Part shown: positions 23,507 to 35,362 of the stretch, in pieces | Layout of the letters: each line of letters starts with the position of its first letter | Numbering within the stretch: position 1 is the first letter of the stretch | NCBI RefSeq assembly: GCF_000143415.4 | Contig: NW_003314280.1 | Span: 1,967,549-2,031,548, forward strand | Origin: Selaginella moellendorffii | Lineage: Eukaryota; Plantae; Lycopodiophyta | Direction: 5' to 3' | DNA: 64,000 nt | Position numbers and translations under genes: made by a program | Notes under the pieces: generated by a model | What the model was told of the DNA's origin: nothing | The model's input: only the letters and a program-made list of their open reading frames with translations | Database searches by the model: none

Positions 23507-25966
23507 TCAAGCTAGCTGATCCGCTGCTTTCTCGTCTTGAAGCTTGTTGGTGGACGCGGGCAAGAAAGGCCTGAGCGTGGCCAGGACCGTAAGAAAGGCA
23601 AAGAAAATGAGGAAGAAGAACACCAGCTCGTCCCCTGCACATCCAAAGTTGTCAAGTTACTCTCACGCACGTCTCACGAATTTGCAAACTTGTTTCTCAC
23701 CTGGAAGGAAGGCTGCGTGCTGGCGCTTTTGAGCCCAAGCAAACCTGAGAAAAAGAACTGCGTTAGCTCCTTCCTCCTTGGTAGCCAAATATCAGAAACG
23801 AGTACTCACACTGAACCTCCTCCTGCCGGGCCAAGAGCCTTGAAAAGAGAAACAACGCTTAGTGACAGTCCATTTGCAGCACCTCTCTGTTCTTGAGTCT
23901 GCAAGCAAAAAAGAAAAGAGAAGAGAGAAAGAAAAGAGAACGTGAACTTCCGGGGGAAAACCAAGAAATGGACGACTCATTATACCACGGAGTTGTTTAT
24001 CAGAAGAAACGATCCGGTCATTGTGGCCGTCTGCAAGAACAAAGCCCATTAGCATTGAAACATGTAGTAGTAGACTGGTCACGTACGGTGAGCACGAACT
24101 TAAGCACGGAGGCAGTGAGCAAGACTACCCACAGCCAAACGTTTTCCAGCTTTGACATGAGAGGATATATACAAAGTATAGGAATTGCCAGGATCTGAGA
24201 GAAAGGGCAACAAAATCAGAAGAAGGAACTTATAGCATCTTACTTACAGCTGATATCCGAGTCATGAAAATAGGCCCAAGCATGTTCGCAACAGCCGGAA
24301 AAATTGTAAGCTGGAAAACAAGCATGGCGAAACCTGCAACCATAGTTCCCGATCAGTACCTGTCAAAGCCACGGTTACACAGGGATTCACCTGAAATAGC
24401 CAGGACTTCTCCAACGTCAGAACTAGTGAAGCTAAGTCCTCCTTGTAATCTTGGACTAACAGCCCACAGTGAGAAAATCTACAAGCAAACAGAAGTCAGC
24501 CCCCACGGGAAGAAATGGTTGCAACGTATACCTCTGTGTAGGCAATGTCATGGAGGGACCAAAGGCAATACACAGTTGTTGATGCAAGGAATGGCCAGTT
24601 CTTGAGAATCGACTGCTTTCTTGCCGGTTGCTTGTCTTCAGCAGCTGATATGTTCCTTTTAGGATGCTTGTGGAGTGTTTCCTGGCAAAAGGAAAAGAAG
24701 AAAACCTCAAACACTGCACTGCCAAAAGAAAGAGCACTTACAGGTAGAGTAAAACACATACAGAGACCGAGTAACGCTATCGCGGAGACAACCAGAGCTT
24801 GCAATAAGTATGGAAACCTGCCACGCAGAAAGAAGAAGAAGAAGAACCATAAGAAAGAATCAGAAGTGCTGCCAGTTACCGTGCAAAGAGGGATCCATGG
24901 TGGAAAACATTCGGATACTTTACAGCCGGCTGCAAGGGGAAATTTGTCAGCTGTATACAATTCTCCGCATAAATACCTGCGACAGGAACCCCCCCAGAGC
25001 TGGTCCAACTATAAGTCCTAGCCCCCAAGTTGTGCCAACCTACGAGAGAGACATTTTTGCCAGGAGTTAAGAAACTAGTGTAACACCGTACGTTGCCGAG
25101 AGACAAGGTTTTCAAGCAATTCAGTAACTTACGACCGACACACCTAGTGCTTGATGCTCGTCGCTGCAAATCTCCGATGCGTACGCCTGAACAGATTAAA
25201 ACCGTGTCAACGAGATGAACTTCACTAGTAGAAGACCCGTACCTTAACCGGACCAAGCATGCCATTGAAGCTGCCAAGGCAAAACCGGGTCACCAGAGCC
25301 ATGGTGAAGCTCGTGCTCACGCCAAACAACGTGTTGAAGACCAACCTGATTATGAACAGATGCTCAGAATGAAAGATACTAGACAAAGTTTGACAAACGA
25401 TAGAGGAAGTTTGCTTACACTGACACAATTCCAAGCACCATCACTGGCCTCCGGCCAATCCTATCCGCCAAGTAGCCCCAGAACACAGCAGTGAAGAAAC
25501 GTCCAGCCATAAACGACGATCCTGAACAGTCGACTCACTCTCAGTTCCAAAAGTGAACATGTAGACGACAAAGTAGAGAAAGCATTACCAATCCATCCTG
25601 CGTAGAAGCCAATATCGCTCTCGGTTTTCGCAACATGGAAATCACGCACCTGGAAAGAACAAAACGTGTAGCAAGAAGCCAACCCGGAGAGTATCTCACC
25701 ATAAAATATAGAAACGGGTAAAGCACGGAAATCGGCAGCGCTGTCGAAACCATTTGGATCGATGAGACAGAACGAGAAAGAATAACGTAAAGCGCTGCTA
25801 GGATAGACAACGTACCATTGCAAAGAACCACGAATCCCAGGGACACCAGCTGCTTCAGCGGCGGCGGCGATCCCTTCTCGCGGAGCCGCCATATCTGGCA
25901 GCCGGGACAATCCGGGAACTCGAGCTCCGGCTGTTGACGATCGCGTCCTAGCAGCGGCTCCTCCAT
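23507..25966 (-). CDS. ZIFL: Zinc-induced facilitator-like MFS transporter, multi-exon
   Basis: CPGC motif, [49 protein letters not shown]; TGA at 23507. Confidence 0.92.
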
Positions 25967-27796
25967 ATGGCTCGGGGATCGCGCAAAACCCTAGACGCCA
26001 GTGGCGCGCGACACAGCTCTACGATTGCGACAATGCTCCTCTCTCTGAGCTTCTCGCTGGAAAGGAGATGCTTGGAATTGATTATTCCTGTCGACGTGGC
26101 TGGAACGTGTGCGTCCAAAGTGAAACGTGGTTGATTGGGAGAGCTCGACTGGCCACCGCATTGTAATAATTTCGCCTAGCCCTTGTTTGTTTGCAGTTGC
26201 GTAGAAAAACCACACACTAAGTCCACGAGATGAGATCGCACTCTTGTTATGGAAATGTGAGCCGTGTTTGTTCTATATGAGCGTGCTATAAAGTTTGTCT
26301 TCACGTACGTGATGGAGCAAGCTGAGATGATTCTCTCCTTCCCAGGGTGACTGTTACATCGGCTTGATCGGGAAATTTCAATGTGCAAGGCTTTGAAGGC
26401 TCGAGATTTGCTGCAATGCCGGGCATTTCAGATCGAGTTTTCTGCTCGAGCAGAATCTAGAGTAGATGTCCAATCCTCAAATTCCATGGCAAAGGAATTG
26501 TTGTAATAAAGGTGGCAGAACCTTGTCAAACATCATATATACGATCCAAAGAAAACATTTCATGGATCTATCGATCGAGTCAGAGACCCTCTGGCGTGTA
26601 CTCTTGGCCTGGTCTTCCTAATTCGAGGAATGGCATCCATCTCGAGTTTTAGAAATAGCCTGCGCTTTTGTCACAAAGCCAGACCGATAGCTAGATCAAA
26701 AGAAAATTTCTTACTTGTTTTTCTATGGTTCTTGATTCTGACACTGCTCTCCTTACAAACACCCCACCAAACACACAGGCACAGGCACACACGCAGACAA
26801 GGCGAGAAAGATACAAAACAAAACAATCGTATCCAAGTCCTTGGCAATAACTCTCTCTATATAGCTGGATCATGTAGAGCTGCTATATAGATCGATACGA
26901 TACATGTTTCTTCTTTTCATGTGGGCGATCTCATCTCCGCAATGCGCGTGTGGTTTGCTGCCTGTCGGCACAGATTCGCTGGCGAGGAATGGGCTCCTGC
27001 AAAAGAATCCGGATGAAAAACAACCCAAGATGGAGAGAACAGGAGTCCTAAGTGGAGGCCGAAGAACACACTCTCTTAAAAGGTCTGTTCAGTTGTAAAT
27101 GTGGGTGGTCTCAAGTTGGAGGAGCACGGCCAGGCCTGCACTGCTCGTGGGTTCTCGCTGGATCGACTCTCCCCTTTTATCTTTCGCTCGTAAGAAGATG
27201 TTTTGACCCTTGACGTACAATCCATCAGCCATCAATCACCCAACAGGGACAGCAAGTTGTAGAGGAATCCAGCCATCCATGTCCAGTTTTTTTTCCTTTG
27301 CTTTTCCCTTTTCTTCGTTTTCACCCGGTCAGTGATCACACATCGTCTCCTTCTCCTGGTAACAACACCCAGTGTGATACCACAGGGCGAAGGTCTTTTG
27401 CCTGCATGATTGAGCAGCATGGTACAAAAGGAATTGATGAGAGGGCTGGCCTACAGCACCTTTCAGTGCTTCATGAAATCTGACGCTGCTCCAACTTTGT
27501 TCACCACCACCACCACCACAAGATCACTGCTAGCGCATTTCCCGGGTCTCGTCTCGCTTCATACAAACACCCAACATCAGAGGCTCCAACATTCTCCGAA
27601 GAAAACAAAGGAGGATAAAAGAAAGGAGAGAGAGAGAAGCGACAAAGAGGGGAGAGCTCTCAAGCGCGCCTCGAGAGAGTCCCAAGAGATCATCTGACTT
27701 GACTTTCCAAAAGCGTGAAGCAAGGAAAGCATAGAAAAAAGAAGTAGAAGATAGCGAAAAAAGAGAAGAGTTTGTGAGCAAAGATTGTTCAGAGCG

Positions 27797-30322
27797 ATGA
27801 CTACTCCCAGTGAAGATCTCATCAAGGAGCCTTTGCTGCTCAAATCGAGCCGAGAATGCCCTGGTTGCAAATGCATGCCGCACGAGGAGGACGGGCCGCC
27901 GATCAAGTATCTGGTTCTCATCGGATTCATCATGCTTTGCAATGGTGAGTTTGTTGATTCACCAATTTGCGAAGAACTGCTCTAACCATCTCTGTTTTCC
28001 AGCTTTGCCAATCACCATCTTGTTCCCTTATCTCTATCTGCTGGTAAACTCCCGATCTTCCGAAGTTCACGGCTTTTCTTCTTCGAGCAAGTCTAAAGTT
28101 TTTTCTTCCGCAGGTCCGGGACTTTAATGTCGCAGACTCGGAGAGCGACATCGGCTACTACGCAGGATTCATTGGTGAGAGGATTGAATTCGCTGCTCCT
28201 GATCTGTTTCACGACAATGACGATCCCTGCTTTCTCATAATCTCACGTTGGAAACTTTCAGGCTCATCCTTCATGATTGGGAGATTTTTCACCGGCTTGC
28301 TGTGGGGAGTGGCAGCGGATCGATATGGTCGCAAGCCCGTCATGTTCTGCGGAATCATCTCAGTGTTCGTCACATCATCTCTTTCTTTCCAGCTTGTCTA
28401 AAGTTCTTTCTTCCTCCAGGATCATCTTCAACACGCTCTTCGGCTTTAGCACCTCGCTCTGGATGGCGGTGGTCACCAGGTTCTGCCTGGGAAGCCTGAA
28501 TGGCTTGTTTGGAACAATTCAAACCTTCGCAACCGAAATTTGCAACAAAAAGTATCGGAGCTTGGGACTGGCTGTGGTAAGATTCACAAGCAAACCATCT
28601 TGTAGTTAGTAGAACTCGTAGAACTTTAAAAGTCGGTCTTGCTCGATAGCAAAACGTTGGATCTTGGGAAATTCCTCATTCGTTTCGATCCTACAGGTTA
28701 GCACTGCTTGGGGATTCGGACTCGTCCTTGGACCGGCAATCGGCGGCTTCTTAGCCGAGGCAAGCAATGATATCTAGCGAAAACTTTTATCATATCGTCA
28801 TTGAGAAAAACCATGTCAATGCCGTGATTTACAGCCAGCTCTCAAGTATCCGGAATTGTTCCAAGGCTCTTTATTCGACCGGTATGTAGTCTCCTCTCTC
28901 AAGTTGAAGGAATGAAGAATCTCTTTTTCGTTTCCTTCCTTTCCGCGATTCCAATCGATCGAGATTCTCATGGCCGTGCGATCTTCTCCGCAGGTACCCG
29001 TACCTTCTTCCGCCACTGTGTGTTACAGTGTTTGCGCTGCTTGTGCTCGTCGCTTGTCACTTTCTACCAGTAAGTCAAGACTACTATTGGCAAGTTCTCC
29101 AAAAATTTCTTTTCTTTACAGGAGACTTTGCACATCCATGCCAAGGAAGTTGCCAATACCCCTGAGATCGAGAGCGGGGTAATCAGCGATGACTGCGAGA
29201 AGCGATCCATTTTCCAGAACAAGGCGCTCATCGTCTCCATCGCTCTGTTTTGCTTTGCTTCACTTCACGACATTGCTTTCTTAGAGGTAAACAAAGTATG
29301 CTCCAACTTTTTCTAATCTCTTGCTCTCTCCTTTACAGGTTTTCTCTCTTTGGGCTTTGAGCTCCAAGAGTACGGGAGGACTGTCTTTCACGAGCTCCGA
29401 TGCCGGAAGAGTTCTCACAGTCGCTGGTGAGGATCAAACCGTTAACTTTTCTCGTGGACGAGTCTTAATGTGGATGTTGTAGCTTTTATCATGCTGATCT
29501 GTCAGCTAAGCTTCTTCCCTGTGGTCACCCGGCGCCTCGGACCAGCAATGGTCACTCGGATAGCATCCGTAAGTTCTATGGATTCTTGCGATCGCGCTGC
29601 TGAAATGTGAAACTCATTCTGGCAGGGACTTACACTGCCACTTCTCGTCATCTATCCGTTTATGTACGAGCTCACTGGAGTCTGGCTCTGGTTCGTGATC
29701 TTGACAGTGTCAACTCTTAAGTACATTTTCATGGTAAGCTCTCGAGACTCTCCTCGTTTCGGTTGTTTCACCCAGAGTTTCCATCTCCCAGGAAGCAACA
29801 ACGACAGGCCTGGCCATCCTCGTCAACGTCTCGGTGGTAAGCAGCTTTGTTTCTTACAGACCAAAGTGTTGATCCGTCAAAATCGTGGGGCTGCTTTTGT
29901 CACAGAGGCAAGAGGAGCGTGGAACAGCGAATGGATTTTCGCTCAGCCTCTTGTCGCTTTTCAAAGCCATTGGGCCGACAGCTGGAGGCACAGTGTAAGT
30001 TGCTCCATCCATCGATTTGATAGTGACATGTTTCGGTGGTTTCTCGATCCGGATCCAGTGCTTCTCCCCATCTCTCTCGCTTTTTTAATCCAATCAAGCT
30101 TTATCTCTTTGCAGGTTTGCTTGGTCGAGAAACAGGCTGCACGCTCACTTTCTTCCAGGTAAAAAGCCATTCTAATCCTCCGTAAAGATCTCCGCGATTG
30201 ATTTCTCTCTCTCTCTCTCTCTCCTAGGAAACGAGTTCGTCTTCTTCTTTCTCGGAGTTTGGATGCTTATAGTCTGCGTTGGAACGCTGCATCGATCGCT
30301 CCCACGCTCTGCATTGATCTGA
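27797..30322 (+). CDS. ZIFL: Zinc-induced facilitator-like MFS transporter, paralog divergent from the first
   Basis: CPGC, LPITILFPYLYLLVRDF, DIGYYAG, WGVAADRYGRKPV, RGAANG, FKAIGP; TGA at 30320-30322. Confidence 0.92.
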
Positions 30323-31234
30323 TCTTACATCACGCTGACGAGCAAATTCTACGTTTTGTGTGTGTGTGTGTGTGTGCAAGGAGGCAAAACCTCCAGGATA
30401 GAAGAAATCTCGGCCAGTTATGTAGTTACAATGTGAAGTATCAAGCGATAGATGAGATGACAAGAATGTTTAAGTATCGTACCCGGGAATTATAAAATAC
30501 GTACTTCCAGGTCTTGATTGCTCGAAATCGACACCCTTTGACTTTACAGTCTGTATGAGTCAACTCTGGTAAAACTATACTATCTCCATGAATAGAGTGC
30601 ACAGTTCTTGGAATTTTAGAAGAGGCCCAAAAAGGATCACAGATCAATTCAACTCGTAGCGTTTTTTCGGGAGACACACACGACAATGGACAAAACGATC
30701 GACTGGGCACTGGGGATTCGTGTTCCTTGCGGTTGGAGAGCAGCAGGCCCTCTTCGATCGATGGTTCCCACTGTGGACTTATTTCGATCCCAAACCATTC
30801 AATTCGTCGAGATTTCACTGTCGAACAACTCGTCCTCTTCTTCTGAGCGAGAATTTTTAAGCTCTGTTTAGCTAGGCATCAAAGCAATGAGCGCTCGAGC
30901 CCATGGAGAAAGATATTTTCCCTGGCGAGGGGAGAGAGAGAAAATCCCGGCCGTTAATGGTTAAGCATATTCGTCAGGCATAACGCGTGCTAGCCGTCCA
31001 TACGGGGATCATCGTGGCCGTTGCCCACACTCACACGATGGCGCTTTTAAGCTAGTGAAGATCTCTCGCTGGGACGACCAACCGATCCTCTCTTTGGATT
31101 CCAGCGAGACCCAAGGAAAAGCGAGAGAGAGAGATCCATTCCATAGCAGCATTTGGACGATACCATCGGGGTAAGGAAGGGATTTTTGATGCTAGGAGAG
31201 ATTCTAGAGGGGAGGAAGAGGAAGAAGAAGAGGA

Positions 31235-33078
31235 ATGCGGTGCTTCGCCCACAAGAAATCGCGGCACAAGAAGGCATCACTGGCGGGGCAGGACGCCTCC
31301 GCCAAGATGATGCGAACCATGTCGGCTCCACCCACATTCCTGGTCACGGATGACGACCCAATCCCGCCGCCGCCACCACTGGCTCACCCATCGCCATCGC
31401 CCTCGCCATCGCCATCTCCCAGCGCCATCGCCAGAAACCCAAGATCAAAGCCCACCGCCATCGCGGTGCCCAAGATCTCCACCAGGATGGAAGATGGCTC
31501 CACGTCGCCCCTCGTCACTCACTCAGGCCCCAGTGGATACGCGAGCTTGAGCGGCGTGAGGAGGGATCCCATCGTCTTCCGGGGCCAGCCACTGCCGCTG
31601 CCCACGCCAGAGTCTTGCGGCCTCTCGCCAGAACCATCGAGACTCATGGGCTCCCCGGCGGTGACCAGGGATTCCACCGCCGCCAGTGATCACCATCGCC
31701 CCGGCAAGGAGTTCAAGAAATCGGCATCCATGCCACTGCCAAGGCCACCGCCAGTAGCCCACGAGAGGCTGGCCGCCGCGCACATCACCTTTTGCCCCGA
31801 GACCTCGTGCATTGGCGAGTCCGGCAATGGCCCGGCTTTCACTTGCACCGTCTCGATCGATGCCAATCCCCGCGGCGGCGGTAGCAGCAAGGACTCCACG
31901 CAAGCGGTGCTCGTCCGGCTATCGGATACGACAATGCAGGTAAGAACCACGCCATAGCTTGGCTTCCATAGCTCAAAGCGCAGTTTTGATAGGATTCCAA
32001 GGCTTGGATCGAGCACGTCAAGGAGATTGTGTGCCTGCGCGACGCGCACCTCAGCCGGATCCTGGGATTCAGCTTCACCACCGACGAGAAGCTGGTGGTT
32101 TACGAGATCCAGGCCAACGGGAGCTTGGACAGGCTCTTGTATGGCCGGAGCCGCGATCGGCCGCCGCTCGACTGGGCAACGCGGGTGAGGATCGCCACCG
32201 ATGCTGCGCGGGGGCTCGCGTTTCTTCACGAGCGATCGCCCACAAAGGTACGTCCGAAAGCTGGCTACGTCCAAAGTGCTCTCGCGTTCGTTGTTGCTCG
32301 TCACCCTCCACCATAGCTAAAAGCTTGTTTGTGCGTGATCTTCTTCCAGCTCATGTACAAGGACTTTAGAACTTTCAACGTGCACGTCGACAAGGAGCTG
32401 CGAGCACGACTCATGGGCTATGGATTCACGCAGAGGTTTATGAATCCGAGCTCGCTCATGGTGAGATCAAAAGTTTTGGCAGAGAGGATCTTGACAAGAT
32501 GTTGCTCTTTGTGCTTGAAGGTGGCGGCCTACGCGGCGCCCGAGCTTCTCCAACGAGGAGCGCAGTCGCTACCATCGCCCAAGAGCAACGTGTGGAGTTT
32601 CGGAGTGGTGCTGCTGGAGATTCTCACCGGCCGCCAGAACCGGGACGAGATGTTCGCGGTGGAGGAGCAGGACCTGGTCGGCTGGACGGCGCCGTATCTA
32701 GCCAACGACAAGAAGCTCTTCCTGGTCGTGGATCCGGAGCTCAAGGGGATGTTCCCGGCGAGATCCGTGTCGCTCTTTGCAAAGCTGGCGGCGCAGTGTT
32801 TGCAAAGAGACCCGGCGGCGCGGCCCAGCATGGATCAAGTTGTCCAGTCCCTGGAGCACGTCCAGGCCGAGCGCGATCACCACATCAAATTGTTCGATGC
32901 CTCGGTGGGGAGTGACAGTCGCAAGCCACTCATCGAAGCTCTCAGGGAGTGTAGCAGCCCCGGGGCGGCGGTGGCGATCCATCCGGCCTTCTCCACCGTC
33001 AATGGCACTCACGTCCAGAAGAAGATCGTCACCCGGATCATCAAAACGCTGTGTTCTTCGCCAGGAACTTTCGACTAG
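31235..33078 (+). CDS. Receptor-like cytoplasmic kinase (RLCK-VII/PBL-like), probable pseudokinase
   Basis: GSLDRLLYGRS, LDWATRVRIATDAARGLAFLHE, PKSNVWSFGVVLLEILTG, CLQRDPAARPSM. VAIK is replaced by AVLVRL, HRD by YKD and DFG by GYG. Short introns at ~31940, ~32248 and probably ~32461. Confidence 0.88.
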
Positions 33079-33104
33079 ATTGAGGGATGGATGGATGGAT
33101 TGGA

Positions 33105-35318
33105 TCATCGTGCTGCCATCGATGGAGCGCTCGACAGCGCGTTGGCTAGCACCGAGTGAAGCCCACCACTCTGGGAGGAATCCGCGAGCGCTCTCTCCAC
33201 CACCAGCTCTGGCAGCCGCCGGGTGGCGCTGGCACCGATGACGCTCGTCCAGTTGCGAGCATCCGGGACGAAGGGCATGCTCGCGACGAGATCCTCGGCG
33301 TCGCGCAGATGTCCCGCGCGGCAGAGAACATCGATCATACATCCATAGTGCTGCTTCGTCAATCCAAGCCCAAAGTCATAGCCAATGGAACCGAAGCGCG
33401 AGCGCCCGATCCTCACGTCGCCCGCGTGGTTGCAGCCGTGGAGAACGCACGCCAGCGACGATTCGTCCGGCGCCACGCCATGGATCAACATCCTGCCATA
33501 ACTCTCGAAGAGATCATCACTCTGGTGCCTGGCTTGCGCTTGCATCGCGAGGATCACGTTCCAGGCAATGACGTCGGGGGCCTCCGGCGTGGACTGGAAG
33601 ATGGCGAGCGCGCGATCGGCGTGGCCGCTCTGCGCGTAGGCCGAGATCATGAGCGTGCTCGAGTAGAGGCTGCCGTGATCCGGCATTAAATCCCAGAGCT
33701 CTCTAGCTCGTTCCAGCCTGCCAGCGCCGACGAGCGCCGCGAGCATGAGGTTCCAGGAGCCGGTGTTCCTGTCCGGCATAGCCGAGAAGAGATACTCCGC
33801 GTCGGCGAAGCGTGCTGACTGGACGTACCCCGTCAGCAAGGCATTCCACGTGTCGGTGTTGTGCGACGCCATGCTGTCAAACAGGCACTTGGCGCGTTCC
33901 ACGTGTCCTGCGTTCGCTAGCGCCGCCGCCATGGCATTACAGCACACCACGTCCGGGCAAGCAACCACGGTATCGAACGTCCTCTTGGCCTCCTCCACGT
34001 GCCCCCACTGGGAATATGCCACCACGAGCGCGGTGCACGACACCACGTCAAGCTCGGGCATGGAATCGAACTCGCGTTTTGTCTCCTCGAGCGTGCCGTA
34101 TCGTACGTACATGTCCAGCATGGCGTTCCAGCACACGAGGTCCCGTTCAGGGAATCTCTCAAACAAGAGCTTGGCTTGAAAAATATCCCCTTTCTGGGCA
34201 TATGCTGCGAGCATCGTTGTCCACGAGACAAGATCTCGCTGGAGCATGCCATCGAACAAGATCTTAGCTTCGTCAACCCGATTGTTTGCGCAACGCATCT
34301 CCAAGAGTGTGTTCCATGACACGAGATTGAGCTCTGGCATGATTATGGCAAACTTGATAGCTCCATCCAGATGCCCTGATTGGGCATACGCTGCAAGGAT
34401 CAGATTCCACGAGACCATGCTTCTTTCAGGCATCTTGTCAAACAACGCCTTGGCAGTTTCGAGCTGGTAGTGAGCGAGAGCTGTGAGCAAGGTGTTCCAT
34501 GACACCACATCCCAGAAGCTCATCGTATCAAACAGCAACTTGGCCTCTCTCCAGCAACCATTTTGCCCATACGCGGCTAACATCGCGTTCCACGATCGCA
34601 GGTTTGGATCCGGCATGGAATCAAACATGGACTTCGCTCGACCAACGTCTCCATTCTGGGCATATGCCGCGAGCATCGCTGTGCAAGCCACCACGTCGTG
34701 ATCCGCCATAGTCGCAAACAGAGACTCGGCGTCACGCAAATACCCGTGCTGGGCGTAAGCCACCAGCACTGTCGTCCAGGCCACGAAATCGGGGTCGGGC
34801 ATAAGATCAAACACGCGTTTCGCGCCAGAAATATTCCCAGTCTCGGCATATGCTGCGATCATAGCATTCCACGAGACGCGGCTCCTGGACGGCATCTTCA
34901 AGAACGCATCCTCCGCTTCTTTGATGAGACCCTCGTTCGCATATAGTGTAAGCATGGTGTTCCACGAGACCGTGTCTTTCACGGGCATTACAGAGAACAA
35001 CGTTCGAGCGTCCTGGAGATGCCCGTTTCGGGCATATGCCGAGAGCATCATGTTCCAGGAGAAGCTGTCCTTGTGGGCGATGGCGTCAAACACCGATCGA
35101 GCCTCAGCAGCGCTGCCGCATCTACCGTACGCTTGAACGAGCAAATTGGAGAGGTAGGAATGTGATCCAGCATCATTTCTCTCTTCCTGGAGCTTGATAG
35201 AGGCATGAAGACGCCTGGCGTGAGATAGACTGCTACACGATCTTAGCAGCTTGATGGAGTCCTGGTGCTGGGCCGAAAACTCGTGGACCATGGCTTGCGG
35301 AGTAGTATCAGGTATCAT
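33105..35318 (-). CDS. PLS/SS-type PPR protein with E domain, no DYW
   Basis: Single ORF with roughly 18-20 repeats of ~31 aa (D.VSWN.ML.AYA..G....A..LF..MP) ending HYGCMIDVLCRAG...MPFVPD...W. First ATG is at 35318; the ORF track starts at a TTG. Confidence 0.95.
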   Translation of the reverse strand: MIPDTTPQAMVHEFSAQHQDSIKLLRSCSSLSHARRLHASIKLQEERNDAGSHSYLSNLLVQAYGRCGSAAEARSVFDAIAHKDSFSWNMMLSAYARNGHLQDARTLFSVMPVKDTVSWNTMLTLYANEGLIKEAEDAFLKMPSRSRVSWNAMIAAYAETGNISGAKRVFDLMPDPDFVAWTTVLVAYAQHGYLRDAESLFATMADHDVVACTAMLAAYAQNGDVGRAKSMFDSMPDPNLRSWNAMLAAYGQNGCWREAKLLFDTMSFWDVVSWNTLLTALAHYQLETAKALFDKMPERSMVSWNLILAAYAQSGHLDGAIKFAIIMPELNLVSWNTLLEMRCANNRVDEAKILFDGMLQRDLVSWTTMLAAYAQKGDIFQAKLLFERFPERDLVCWNAMLDMYVRYGTLEETKREFDSMPELDVVSCTALVVAYSQWGHVEEAKRTFDTVVACPDVVCCNAMAAALANAGHVERAKCLFDSMASHNTDTWNALLTGYVQSARFADAEYLFSAMPDRNTGSWNLMLAALVGAGRLERARELWDLMPDHGSLYSSTLMISAYAQSGHADRALAIFQSTPEAPDVIAWNVILAMQAQARHQSDDLFESYGRMLIHGVAPDESSLACVLHGCNHAGDVRIGRSRFGSIGYDFGLGLTKQHYGCMIDVLCRAGHLRDAEDLVASMPFVPDARNWTSVIGASATRRLPELVVERALADSSQSGGLHSVLANALSSAPSMAAR

Positions 35319-35362
35319 AGCTGTGATCAAGAGCTTTAAGTTGATCCATAGCCCTGTGACTT

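Noticed and set aside
27412-27491. Possible C/D snoRNA or pre-miRNA (gagcagc...TGATGA...CTGA.gctgctc)
   Set aside because: The C box is too far from the terminal stem and the hairpin is imperfect; unsupported without a covariance search or small-RNA data.
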